DNA from: the human T2T-CHM13v2.0 reference genome, Homo sapiens | Length of the DNA stretch: 64,000 nt | Assembly: GCF_009914755.1 (NCBI RefSeq) | Contig: NC_060947.1 | Reading direction: 5' to 3' (one strand) | Shown: piece by piece, positions 40,770 to 61,039 of the stretch | Layout: every line of letters starts with the position of its first letter | How positions within the stretch are numbered: position 1 is the stretch's first letter | Program-made: the position numbers and the translations under genes | The notes under the pieces: generated by a model | Told to the model about the DNA's origin: nothing | The model's database searches: none | Seen by the model: the letters and a program-made list of their open reading frames with translations, nothing else

Positions 40770-40935
40770 CATACAACTAACTTATTTGTTTTTCATCTAT
40801 TTCCCCAAATAGAATTCAATTTCCTTGAGGATAGGGATTTTTTTGTATTTTGCCCACTGCTCTACCCCCAGTGGCTGCAAGAGTGCTTGGCACATAGTAA
40901 GCGCTCAACAAATGTCTGTTAAACATTCATTTAAC
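40770..40935 (+). mobile_element. L2 3' end
   Basis: gtgcttggcacatagtaagcgctcaacaaatg. Confidence 0.75.
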
Positions 40936-41546
40936 AAACTATTTTGTCTGACATGCAAGGCCCTCCACAGTCTGATTTGCACAAAGGTCTCCCAACCATC
41001 TCCAACCTATTTCAAGGTCCTTCCAACATACTTCCTGGCATTCCCACTCCTATCCATTTGATTTTATTTCCACCTAGGTTCACCTAGGTTCTGCTACAGA
41101 CCACTTCTTTCAGGAAGCCTTCTCTCATCACTCCAACCCACATTAATGTCTCCTTCTACAGAGCTTAACAGTACCAACCATCTGTGGCATGTGTATGGCA
41201 TCTCTCAAGTGTGGCTCTACAAGGTGGACCAGCCATACCAATTAGATGGCAAGCTTCTTGAGGATAGGGCCAATCTCTCTCTCTCTTCTCTCCTCTTCCC
41301 TTTCTTTCTTTCTCTCTCTCTCTCGCTGTCTCTTTCTTTCTCTCCCCTCTCTGCATCCCACATTGCTTCTGTCCCAGTGTATGGTATAAGTAACAAGTGA
41401 TTAATAAATACTGACTCAGTGACCTGTTTATGACAGAAAATCTCAAATTATAGTTCATGTAAATGAAAAGGAGTGAAAACTGTGCTTGGTCCCATCCTAT
41501 AAACAAAATGTGACAGTGTTATGATTTGTTAAAAGCAATGCCACCA

Positions 41547-41859
41547 GGCCAGGTGCAATGGCTCACACCTGTAATCCAAGCATTTTGGGAGGCCAAGGCA
41601 GGTGGATCATTTGAGGTCAGGAGTTCAAGACCAGCCTGGCCAACATGGTGAAACTCCGTCTCTACTAAAATACAAAAATCAGCCGGGCGTGGTGGTACAC
41701 ACCTGTAGTCCCAGCTACTCAGGAGGCTGAGGCAGGAAAATCACTTGAATCTGGGAGGCAGAGGTTGCAGTGAGCTGAGACTGGGCCACTGCACTACAGC
41801 CTGGGCAACAGAGTGAGACTCTGTCTTAAAAAAAATAAAATAAAATAAAATAAAATAAA
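41547..41859 (+). mobile_element. AluS with (AAAAT)n tail, followed by MIR (about 41860-42090)
   Basis: Full dimer; gcctcagtttcctcatc. Confidence 0.93.
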
Positions 41860-42124
41860 ATGCTATGGCACCAGATGGCCTAAGTTAGAATCTAGGATTC
41901 ACCATGTACAACCAGTTTGGATAGGAACAAGTTTTAAACTGCTACATGCCTCAGTTTCCTCATCGTAAAAATGGGAATAATATTAGTCCCTAATTCACAG
42001 GATGGTTTTAAGTATTAAATGAGATAACAAAGGCAAGTACTCAGCCTAATGCACAGAATAAGCCCTCACCAAATATTATTATTATTGATAATGAACTAAG
42101 TTTAAGAGTAGGCCGTCTTCATAA

Positions 42125-42282
42125 TGGGTACAAGGTTTCTTTTTGGAGTGATGAAAATACTCTAAAATTGATTGTGGTGATGGTTGCACAACTCTGTGAA
42201 TATACCACAAAACATTGAATGAGACACTATAAATAGGTGAATTTTATGGTATGTGAATTTTATCCCAGTAAACCTGTTTTTT
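42125..42282 (+). mobile_element. L1MB 3' end
   Basis: gggtacaaggtttctttttggagtgatgaaaatactctaaaattgattgtggtgatggttgcacaactctgtgaat. Confidence 0.85.
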
Positions 42283-42521
42283 AAACCCCCACAAAAAGAA
42301 TAGATCTTGTATCTATAGATGAGTTGCAACAGAGAGTAGAACAGAAAAGGGGCTCTCCCCAAAAGCAAGTTATTAACACTATTTGGTCAAAGCCCATAGA
42401 ATTCATGAAGTCCACTTTTGTTTTCGGTGATAGGCAAGATCTCTGTAGCGTGTGGCCCACTTGGGAGGAAGAATGAGGGTCATCATACTAAGGATGGAGC
42501 TAACACTGAAAATGCTACTGA

Positions 42522-42659
42522 GGCCAAGTTCAGTGGCTCAGGCTTGGAATCCCAACACTTTGTGAGGCCGAGATGGGAGGATCACTTGAGGCAAGAGTTC
42601 AAGACCAGCCTGGACAACATAGACAGACTCCATCTCTACCAAGAAATAAAGAAAAAAAA
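42522..42659 (+). mobile_element. FLAM (Alu left monomer)
   Basis: Monomer with TSD aaaatgcta(c/t)tga. Confidence 0.88.
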
Positions 42660-42790
42660 TGCTATTGAATAGGATCAGAAATGAAGGAGGAGAAAAATAG
42701 GTCACCTCTCATCTCAGACCAAGTGCAGACTGCTAAGTCATCTCAGAGAGCATTTTGGCATGACAAAAAGGAATTAAACAGGCAGTGTTT

Positions 42791-43104
42791 GGCTGGGCGT
42801 GGTGGCTCACGCCTACAATCTCAGCACTTTAGGAGGCCAAGGTGGGCAGATCACCTGAGGTCAGGAGTTTGAGACCAGCCTGGCCAATATGGTGAAACCC
42901 CGCCTCTACTAAAAATACAATAAGAAAATTCGCCAGGCATGGTGATGCACTCCTGTAACCCCAACTACTCAGGAGGCTGAGGCTGGATTCAATTCCTTGA
43001 ATCCAGGAGGTGGAGGTTGCAGTGAGCCGAGGTCATACCATTGCAATCCAGCTTGGGTGACAGCGAGTCTCCATCCCAGAAAAAAAAAAAAAAAAAAAAA
43101 AAAA
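42791..43104 (+). mobile_element. AluS
   Basis: Dimer with long A tail. Confidence 0.94.
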
Positions 43105-43871
43105 ACAGGCAATGTTGGAGGAACATCCTCCAAAGCGAAACTCAACATGGAAAACAAGAAAAAGTAAATGGAAAACAACTGGCCCTCCAGAAGAGGACAA
43201 CCCCCTAGGGATCCCCAGAGAGCTCCAACTTGTTCTTTCAATTCTTTCTCTCATCCATGAGAGAACGAATTGCATTTTGGTAGTCTGAGGCAAAAATTCC
43301 ATGGCAGAGAAGACTGTTCCCTGTTTATATCTTTGCCTCAGTGTTACTGGTGACAAAGCCAAGATCTAGAAGCAACTTGACCAGGGAGTGAGTTTGGAAT
43401 TGTTTCCCTAAGGAGGAACGTTTGCCAGTTACCTGATCACTCTTCACTCTGACCTGGGCTAAATAAACGGAAAGTGGGGAGAAACGTATATGGGGGAGGG
43501 GTGACTGAAGAAAAAATAAAGAAGCTGGTGATTATACTTGATTCCTAGAAAATAAATAATCCGGTATGAAATAAGCATTACATTGCATTTCAACTTTTAA
43601 AAACTGGTCACCCTCTAAATTGTTAAGTAATTTCCTTCATATGACCACCCCATTCCATTTATATTATTTCAAAAGTAGAGGGTTATGAGACTACCATTTT
43701 CCCAGACTGTCACATAGCAGACATTCAACAAATTTTCTTGATTAAATTAAAATGAGGGTGTATTATGCTCTAGGTAAATTCCATATTCCACCACCTTTTG
43801 ATCATACTTATGCCTAGGAAGGCCCTCTCACTAGTCAAAAAGCTCTAAGGGCACAAAAAACATCAGAATAA

Positions 43872-44548
<677 letters not shown>

Positions 44549-44718
44549 AAAAAAAATCAGTATAAATGTATTTAAATAAGCCCCTCAAAATATATTGGGA
44601 GAAAGGACACTAATCTAGGACTCAGAAGAGCTAGGTTGCAGTCCAGTTATGTGTAGCTTTGAACAGGTCCCTCTGGACCTCGGTCTTCCCCTCTGAAATA
44701 GGAAGGGTTTAAACTAGA

Positions 44719-44905
44719 TCAGTAGTTTCAATCTCAAAGGAGTACTACTCCTGGGGGGCATCTGACAAGATGCAGAGTTGATTTTGCTTGGCACAATGGC
44801 TGCGGGTATTTAAACATCTAGCAATGCCCAGCCCAGACAAACAATGAAGAACTATCCTGTCCAATGCCAAAAGCATATTACCCACCCTCCCCCAGAAATA
44901 ACTGG
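44719..44905. mobile_element. MER20-like hAT fragment
   Basis: cagtagtttcaatc...ggggggcatctgaca...aagaactatcctgtcc. Confidence 0.5.
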
Positions 44906-46629
44906 ACAAAATAATTAAGATCTCAGCAACTTCTAAAATTCCTTGCCATAGGCCAATATAACAAAGAATACTGTTAAACTGTGACTGTCCTATTAAGTCT
45001 GAAGAGTGATGAAACAGTCAGTCATGTTTTGTTTGGTAAACAGAGAATGAAATGAAAAAGGAAAAGAAAAAATTCCTCTACATTTCATATTCTGAAACTA
45101 GTGTGATTAACTAGTTATCTTCTGGAAACCAGCATGACAAGAATAAGACCTGAATGTGGCAATAAGCCTTACAACTTAAAACATATCTCACACATATACA
45201 CACACACACAGGAGGAACTTTATTAACTATAACCAGATGTTTCTTAACAACCATTTGCTTAAAAAATCACAAACAGTGAATTCTGTTAGACTCTGTTGTT
45301 CACATTTGAAATCTAAGTAAGTCTGAGTTAGGGGCAAGTAAAAACAAAGACTGGAAAAGTGTGCATAGAGCAGCAAGTTGTTCGCTCTGCTGGTTGCATG
45401 TGTTTGGAGCCAATAAAAGAACATGGATGGTTGTTTATCAGTTTCATCCCAAGAGTCAAGAGGGTGGAGTTGGATAGGCTTTGCTTATTAATATAATTTA
45501 CTATTTTTAATGCCTGCTCTGAAATGCTTCCCACCAATCTGCATTATTTATTCTGCCTTATAGATTAGAAACAATGAACCCTTTCTTTCTGCTACTCGTC
45601 AACCCAAAGGTAAATCAGTTGGAATAAAAATTCTAATTCCAAGGACTTAACCATAAACTGTTGTGAACCAGCAATTAACTTACTGATACAATACCACAAG
45701 CCAGAGAAAGAAGAACATCAAAGCTTTCAGCCCCTGAGAGAAGACGGGCCAACATTTCAATAGAATCTTTTGAGAAGATGGCTTTGGGAAAAAAATAGCT
45801 TTTCTGATTTTTCTGGACACAATTTATGATAACTCCATCCAAACCCACTACTAATCAAAGCCAAATTTAACCCCTTCCTGAAACTAGACAAGAAACTACA
45901 ATGAATAAACCTTTTCTTTTAAAGATTTATTTTTTTAAAAAGCAGTTATTTTCTATGGCATAAAAGGCAGACCTCTGTGGCCAGGCGCACCTTGGCAGCA
46001 GTCTCCAAGAATATAGCGTAGAGTTCCAGAAATATAAAAATCCTGAATCTGCACTAATAGTGTTTGCCAGTGGCCTCACTGGGCCAGTATCCAAACTCTA
46101 GGGTCTAATGTTTCAAAATAAAGCCAAACCCAATACTGAACAATCATCTTTACTGTTTAGCAGTGTCTTAATTCTAAGATTCATTTGCTACCAGCAAGTT
46201 GTCATATATACTGGGGAAACTAATATCCGTATTTGGCTCTGATGAAGCCGTTATTTGCCCTGCCACCCACCAGCTGACTTCTCTTAGCCAATCTATCTGC
46301 AACTGTTATTAAACTTCGCAGACCTACACAGCCCTTGCTAAGGGTCAGCTGTGTGGGTCGGTTTATTTTATAAACCAAAGAAGGAAGGAGAGGGGAGAGG
46401 AACAACACCTTGTTGCCATCTAACATTTGGAAAGGGTGGGATAGAAGAAAACCCTAGGTAAACTGTAGCGACTTGAATGTCACAGAGAAATGATTTTCTT
46501 CCTTCTATCACCCCTGTTCCCAAATATCAGAGAACAATAAACAAAGGGGAATGAAGCCAGACCACCAAAAGCTACTCTTGTTTTATTCATTTCAAATAGG
46601 CATCTCAAATTTATGTCCAAACAAAACTC

Positions 46630-46677
46630 AACTCTTTTCTCTTCTCTTCCCTTCTCTTCTCTTTTTCTCTTTCTTTC

Positions 46678-46708
<31 letters not shown>

Positions 46709-46710
46709 GC
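46630..46710. repeat. CT-rich / (CT)n microsatellite
   Basis: Direct inspection. Confidence 0.9.
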
Positions 46711-46769
46711 CCTATATCCTCTCCCTTGCTCCCCTCCATGGGCAAGTCGTGATGATTCCACTTTCTAAG

Positions 46770-48045
<1,276 letters not shown>

Positions 48046-48446
48046 CTATTTATTGAGTGTCTGATCAGATGTGTTTTTTAGGAAGATAATCCAGGCAACT
48101 GAGGCAATTTTATAGTATAAAAATAGTGTTTAATGCTAAAGTATTCACAGATGAAATGATATGATGTCTGAGAATTTGCTTCAAAGTAATCCAGGCCCAA
48201 GGTGGAAGGAACTAGGTGAGGGGCATAGATATAACAGATTGAAGCTGGGTATGGAGACACATGAGTTCTTTATACTATTCCCTCTACTTCACTATATATT
48301 TGAATTTTCCATATCAAAAATAAAAACAAACTGAATTAAGTTTATAATGGAAATAATCTAAAATGTTTAGTAATAAGACCTATTTAGTAGTAATAAGATC
48401 GTACTGAGAAATTATGGTAGATACAGACAATGGAATACTAGTCAAC

Positions 48447-48744
48447 ATTTTTTTTTTTTTTGAGACAGGGTCTCATTGTTACCCAACTTGGAGTACAGTG
48501 GTGTAATCATGGCTCACTGCCACCTTGACCTCCCGAGCTCAAGCAATCCTCCTGCCTCAGCCTCCCAAGTTGCTGGGACTATAAGCACACACCATCAACT
48601 CTGGCTAATTTTTTTTTTTTTTTTGGTAGAGACAGGGTCTCGCTTCATTGACCAGGCCAGTCTCGAACTCCTGAGCTCAAGTGATCCTCTCACCTCAGCC
48701 TCCCAAAGTGCTTGGATTACAGGCATGAGCCACCACACCTGGCC
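48447..48744 (-). mobile_element. AluJ-like
   Basis: Antisense dimer. Confidence 0.92.
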
Positions 48745-48773
48745 AGAACATGTTTTAATGATAGTTAAAAATG

Positions 48774-49122
<349 letters not shown>

Positions 49123-49353
49123 TTAATATGTGTGATTTAGTAAAAAAAAAAAAAAAAGCCATAAAAATCAGCATGTACAGGATGTTCCAATATTTAGCAA
49201 GCTGTAGAGTGTTGTGGTTAAGAGTGTTGAATCTGGACCCTGAGAGATCTGGGTTTCTGCCACTTACTCACTATGTGACTTTGGGCGAGGGGGATAATAA
49301 TAGCATTTACCAGTCATGAGGTTTTTGTAAGGATTAAATTGAGATAATGTATG

Positions 49354-49721
49354 TCTATTAGTCTGTTCTCACACTGTTATAAGGACATACTTGAGACTGG
49401 GTAATTTATAAAGGAAAGAGGTTTAATTGACTCACAGTTCCACAGGGTTGGGAAGGCCTCAGGAAACTTACAACAGAAGGGGAAGCAAACACGTCCTTCT
49501 TAACAAGGCAGCAGCAAGGAGAAGTGTAGAGCAAAAGGGGGAAAAGCCCCTTATAAAACCATCAGATCTCATGAGAACTCACTATCACAAGAATAGCAGC
49601 ATGGCAGTAACTGCCCCCATGATTCAGTTACCTCCCACTGGGTCCCTCCAGTGACACATGGGGATTATGGGAACTATAATTCAAGATGATATTTGGGTGG
49701 AGACATAGCCAAACTATATCA
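49354..49721 (-). mobile_element. THE1 (MaLR) solo LTR inserted in a MIR
   Basis: tattagtctgttctcac...ccaaactatatca; 5-bp TSD gtatg/gtacg at 49349-53 and 49722-26; MIR resumes as taaagcactta. Confidence 0.95.
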
Positions 49722-49803
49722 GTACGTAAAGCACTTAAACGATTATTATTAATATTATTATCAGCTATATATGGCAGGAGCTACTTAAAAAGGAAAACAC
49801 TGG

Positions 49804-50093
49804 GGCCGGGTGCAGTGGCTTATGCCTGTAATTCTAACGCTATGGGAGGCCAAGGTGGGCAGATTGCTTGAGCTCAGGTGTTTGAGACCAGCCTAAGAAA
49901 CATGGCAAAACCCCATCACTACAAAAAATACAAAAACTAACAGGGTGTGGTGGTGTGTGCCTGTAGTCCCACCTACTCAGGAGGCTGAGGTGGGAGGATC
50001 ACTTGAGCCCAGGAGGTCGAGGCTGCAGTCAGCAGAAATTGCGCCACTGCACTCCAGCCCAGGTGACAGAGTGAAACTGTCTCAAAAAGAAAA
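49804..50093 (+). mobile_element. AluJ-like
   Basis: Full dimer. Confidence 0.92.
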
Positions 50094-50312
50094 GTTAGAT
50101 AAATTGTGGTGTATTCACTGATTTACTAAATGAATAATTATTAAGGGCCCACTGCAGACAAGACATTGGAAATATAATGGTGATCAAGACGTAAATGGTC
50201 CCTGCCCTTGTACAACTTGCAGTCTAGAAGAATAAACAGCAATAACATTAAAGAGCTATTACAGTATTCACAAAACATGTTTTAGCATGAAGGAATGCTT
50301 ATTAAAGACATA

Positions 50313-50721
50313 GTATTAATTGCCTAATGCTACCGAAACAATTTACCACAAATTTAGTAGCTTAAAATGACACAAATTTATTATCTTACAATTCTGGATG
50401 TCAGAAGTCCAAAGGTGTTGGTAGGGCTGCATTCTTCCTGAAAGCTCTAGGGGAGAATTCAGTCCTGGACTTTTCTAGCTACCAGAGGCTACACATATTC
50501 CTGTATCCTAGACAGCTACTTTTGCCACCACATCATCTTCTCTCTATCTGACCTTTCTTCCTCCCTATTATAAGGGCCCACCCCAGATAATCCAAGATAA
50601 TCTGTTCATCTCATGATCCTTAATCACATCTGCAAATTTCCTTTGGGTACTTAGGGTAACGTGTTCACAGATTCTAAGGATTAGGACTTGGATATTTTGG
50701 GGAAGCTATTATTCTATCACA
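50313..50721 (-). mobile_element. MLT1 (MaLR) solo LTR
   Basis: ttaccacaaatttagtagcttaaaa...cagaagtcc...gggcccacc..gataatccaagataatc...ggattaggac. Confidence 0.85.
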
Positions 50722-51033
50722 GACATAATTATGAATAGAAATAACATAAGGAAATATATAAAAAATATTAATAGTGGCTGAGTCTGGGCAGTTGCACTAT
50801 GATTAATATTTTTGTGTTTTTCTCTTTTTTTGCAATTTCTAAAATATCCACAATGAGCATATTTCACTTTGTGACAGAATACAGAGACACAAACTCAAAA
50901 AATACAAAGGGGCATTCAGTAAAGCATACGTTTTTGTCTTACCCTTGTCCGTCAGCCCCCAGCTTCCTATCTCCAGAGGCAACTACCCTCAGCAGTTTTT
51001 TTCTTCCAGAGATAGGGTATGCAAGAACATATC

Positions 51034-51526
51034 TGTGGTAGGCTGAATAATGATCCCTCAAAGATATCCACACCCTCATCCCCAGAACCTATGAATGTGT
51101 TACTTTACATGCCAAAAGGGACTCTGCTAGTGTGTGGTTGAGCTACAGATCTTGAGATGTTAGGATTATCTTAGATTACCCAAATGAGCCCAGTGTAATT
51201 GCAAAGATACTTAAGAGGGACGTAGGAGGATCAATGGAGGAGAGAAGTCAGTAATGTAATGATGGAAGCAGAGATTGGAGCAATGTGCTTTAAAGATGGA
51301 GGATGGCCCACAAGCCAAGGATCGCAGACAGCCACTTGAAGCTGAAAATGGCAAGGAAACAGGTTCTCCCCCCAGAGCCTCGACGAGGAACCAGCCCTGC
51401 CTACACCTTGACTTTAGCAGTGAAACTCATTTTGTACTTCTGACCTCCAGAACTATCAGATAATATGTGCATGCTTTAAGCCACAAAATTGTGCTAATTT
51501 GTTGCATTAGCAATAGGAAAACAACA
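51034..51526 (+). mobile_element. MLT1D-like (MaLR) solo LTR
   Basis: tgtggtaggctgaataatg...aaagatatccac...gctttaagccac...agcaataggaaa. Confidence 0.9.
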
Positions 51527-51552
51527 AAAGGTATACATATTATCAAAATAGA

Positions 51553-51915
51553 CAATTGACCCTTGAACAACACAGGTTTGAACTTCACAGATCCACTTAT
51601 ATGAAGATTTTCTTCCTCTTCTGCCACCCCTAAGACAGCAAGACCAATCCCTCTTTTCTCAGCCTAACTCAACATGAAGATGAACACCTTTATGATGATC
51701 CACTTCCACTTAATGAATAGTAAATATATTTTCTCTTCCTCATGATTCTTAACATTTTCTTTCCTCTAGCTTACTATATTGTAAGAATACCGTATATAAT
51801 ACATATACAAAATATGTGTTAATCTACAGACCAGATAAGCCTTCCGGTCAATGGTAAGCTATTAATAGTTAAATTTGGGGGGAGTCAAAAGTTATAAGGA
51901 GATTTTTTACTGCAT
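51553..51915 (+). mobile_element. Tigger2a (MER28)-like, right end deleted
   Basis: TIR caattgacccttgaacaacacaggtttgaact; ttatgatgatccacttccacttaatgaatagtaaata. Confidence 0.88.
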
Positions 51916-51976
51916 GGTAGGAGGATGGCTTGAGTCTAGGAATTCAAGGCAGCAGTCAGCTATGATTGCACCACTG

Positions 51977-52711
51977 TGATACACACAGGAGACAGGCAAA
52001 TACTGGATGGAAGAGAGTGGTTCCCCAGCAAAGGCCCCACCCTCAAGCCTGGAGACCCACGGCCCTAAATGGGGACAGTCATTCCTGTTTTCACGCCCAA
52101 AACATTGCCTTTTGGCCCACAACACTCCCTATCCTGTACCCATATAAACCCTGATCTCCAGGCTCCAGAAGCAGACGAGGAGACAAGCAGATGAACAGCA
52201 GAACAATGCAGCAGAGAAAGAGAGAACAGGAGGAATGTCTGAAGGCCAAGAGGAGTTCAGCTGGGAGTGGTCAGAGAAGAGTTTGGCTGCTGGACAGCCA
52301 AACTCCAGGGGAAGATCATCTTCCCACTCGATCCCCCCTTCCAGCTCCCCATCCGGCCCACTGAGAGCCACCTCCACCACACAATAAAACCCTGCATTCA
52401 TCCTTCAAGTTCGTGTGTGACTCGATTCTTCCGGGACACTGGACAAGAGCTCGGGATACAGAAAGCTGTCACACTGGCCCTCTGCCCTTGCAGAAAGGCA
52501 GAGGGTCCACTGAGCTGATTAACACTCAAGCTGTCCATGGATGGCAGGGCTAAAAGGGCACACTGTAACACATGCCCTCTTGGGCTCCTCCACCTGTTCA
52601 CCTGCATGCTCCGCTTCCCGTAAGGGGTTTGAGCAGCGGCAGCGACTGAACAGATGAGCCACACCTCTGTTGCATGTCCTGCAAGTGGGGTCAGGGAACT
52701 CTCCCGTTTCA
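51977..52711 (+). mobile_element. MER50-like ERV1 solo LTR (735 bp) inside an Alu right arm (51915-51976 and 52712-52772)
   Basis: TG...CA ends; tgatacacacaggagacaggcaaatactgg...; tataaa and aataaa present; 4-bp TSD actg at 51973-76 and 52712-15. Confidence 0.9.
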
Positions 52712-52778
52712 ACTGCACTCCAGTCTGGGCAACACTGCCTCTTTAAAAAACAAAACAAAACAAACAAAAAAACAGTGA

Positions 52779-52950
<172 letters not shown>

Positions 52951-52954
52951 AAAT

Positions 52955-55377
<2,423 letters not shown>

Positions 55378-55644
55378 ATTAAGTTTAAGTATTTTCTCTT
55401 TTCTGTTCTTATTAAAGTGGAATCTTTCCTTCCATTATATATTCTGATTGTTACTTGTTTATATTAAGGCAATTGATTTCAGGATGCCTAAGGAATCTAA
55501 GCTCCCTATTTGAAGGTATATCCGGGATTCAGAGCAATAGATTACTGGCGGTGGAGGCTGGCTGGTGGGACCCTCAAGCATTCCTTCCTGAAACAGAACA
55601 AAGCAGGACTTCCTTGTATAGCCAGTAAGGATCAAGGCTGTGGA

Positions 55645-55929
<285 letters not shown>

Positions 55930-56023
55930 CTAGGTGAATCTACATGTCTCTCCCTGTGTTTAGGGCAAGAGAACTTGTATGAGGGACAATCAGGGAGTCC
56001 TTGACTCTGAATACGAATGAGTT

Positions 56024-56389
<366 letters not shown>

Positions 56390-56983
56390 TTACCCGTTAC
56401 TCCTCTCCCATCCCAGGGGAGCTTCCCCCCAGGGGCATAGGACTCTCTCAGGACTGAGGAGCAAACAGAAACTGCAATTACCTGGGTCTTGAGGTTAATC
56501 TTCTCTGGGTGGCTAGCGAAAACTGCCTCCTGATTGCAAGCTGCTCTTGCCTTGGAGCAACACCAGGACTGCTCAGCAAGAGCTGTGCTGGAACACCCTC
56601 CACCCTCCAGCACAGTTCACCCAGATTTCTTTAATCTTCTCACAGCCTGTAATGGAAGTTCTATTTAGATAAAATCATAGCAGCTGTTAACAACTTTTTC
56701 CTTTGGTTGTTTTTTCCATTTTTCTTTCTAACTTCTAATTGGCTATAAACCAGGGACCACAGTGGCTGGCTAAAGGATTCCCAGAGTTACAAAACAGGCC
56801 TTCTCAGTGCCCCAGGCTTCTTATCGGAGAACATCATTAACTTTTTCAATTGCAACTCTGCAAGTTTCCCAGGTAGCTGAATCCATTTCCATACTGCAGC
56901 CTTATCACATCCTGAATCCTGACAGCCTGTTTCTGTTTGTCTTTTATGTTCTTTTTTTTTTTTTTTTTGGTCTGTTATGTTAG

Positions 56984-57460
<477 letters not shown>

Positions 57461-58140
57461 TAATGATCTTGCTTGGGGTGTGGGGACTGCCAGGAGAGAC
57501 TGAGAGCCAGCCCTGGGGCCAGCTGGTTCCTGATCAGAGCATCTGTAGAAAACCTGCCAGAGTGGGGGCACAAAATGCTGCAAAGAAACAGAAGCTGTCT
57601 TTGATCTTATATTGTCCCTTGCCTTTTATTTTTCTCCACCTCCATTTATTAGCTCACTATTTGCTAGTATTTTGGGGAGACACTTTAATACTTGCTCATG
57701 ACTACATGTGCACTTTTCTCAATTTATGCCCTATCCAATGGTAGAAAGGCCCACCTAAATGATCCCCTTATTCCACAGTGCCCCAATGCTTGCATGTTTT
57801 GGTTTTTCATCTGCTGCTCCATTAATTGTTTTCAGCTGCAACTATAATAGCCCAGTGGAATAGTTTCCAAAGATTTCAATCCAACATATTTTTCACTTGA
57901 AATTTTTAAACCCACGAAATGTTCTCCAACCCCTTCTATGTATTCCACTGCTGTGGTGATGATGCATTTAATGGTGGAAAAGAAACCACACAGAAACACA
58001 GGGCTATCAGGTTTATAAAGAAGTCACTTGCTCTGGTCCGCCTGTCTTGAATTAGGATCACATTTACACAATATCAGACAGCTAAGGCCCTAACTTAAAG
58101 GCAATGTGCTACCTTAGACTGGGAATCAGGGAGGGTCCTA

Positions 58141-58450
<310 letters not shown>

Positions 58451-58482
<32 letters not shown>
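58451..58482. repeat. (GT)16 microsatellite
   Basis: Pure repeat abutting the Alu tail. Confidence 0.97.
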
Positions 58483-58485
<3 letters not shown>

Positions 58486-58808
58486 GTAATAATATGCCAA
58501 ACCTTCTCCACAAAACTGGTCCTCTCCAGAATTAACCATTTCAAAGAATGGCCCCACCATCTATTTACAAACCAGTGAGCCATCTTTGATATCTCCATCT
58601 CCCCAACCTTCCATATCCAATTTATCACCAAGTCCGATTTATGTAAACTCCTAAATATCCCATTAATACAGTTCTCTCCATCTCCACCCTCATCCAAGCC
58701 ATCAACTTCTTCCACCTATACCACTGCAACTACCACCTAACCGGTCTCCCTTCACCCATTCTTGCCTGTCTTGAATTCATTCTCCACTGTGCAGCCAGAG
58801 TAAGCTCA

Positions 58809-59210
<402 letters not shown>

Positions 59211-59285
59211 CTATATCTCCCTAGCATGACCTATAGGCCCTGAGTGATTGGGCAACTACTCCATACCTTCCAACTACATTGGTCT

Positions 59286-59838
<553 letters not shown>

Positions 59839-59875
59839 TTATGAGCCAGGTACTGTGCTAATCAGCATGAGATAT

Positions 59876-60655
<780 letters not shown>

Positions 60656-60954
60656 GATATACAGTAATAAATCAGAACCAATCCCTCTCCAAAGAAGGAA
60701 GGGAGATATTCACAATACAGCTAACTTAGTAATGAGACAGACAGCTACAAGTACAGTGTAAACAACATGTAAGTGAACATCAAGGAACAAAGGGTTAATT
60801 CTAACTGAGAAGATATCCTCAAAGGTGGTGGCATTTGGCCCGCTCTAGAAAGATTCTAGATAGACTACCAGGATTACAAAGAAAGCTAAATAAAACTCTA
60901 CTCAATTCCACAAATACTTTCTAAAAGCCTGATACACACAAGGCCCTAAGTTTC

Positions 60955-61020
60955 AAATTGTACCGTAACACAATTGTACAGTAACGCAATTGTACAGTAA
61001 CACAATTGTACAGTGATACA
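60955..61020. repeat. 16-bp tandem repeat x4 (caattgtacagtaaca)
   Basis: Units start at 60955, 60971, 60987 and 61003. Confidence 0.93.
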
Positions 61021-61039
61021 AGACTACTAAGAGACAACT

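Noticed and set aside
41071-41090. cacctaggtt x2 tandem duplication (similar: tagtaataaga x2 near 48368-48398; (CATCC)n near 18985-19010)
   Set aside because: Ordinary slippage-scale duplications.
60955-61020. CRISPR-like array
   Set aside because: Head-to-tail 16-mers with no spacers, no cas genes, eukaryotic context.
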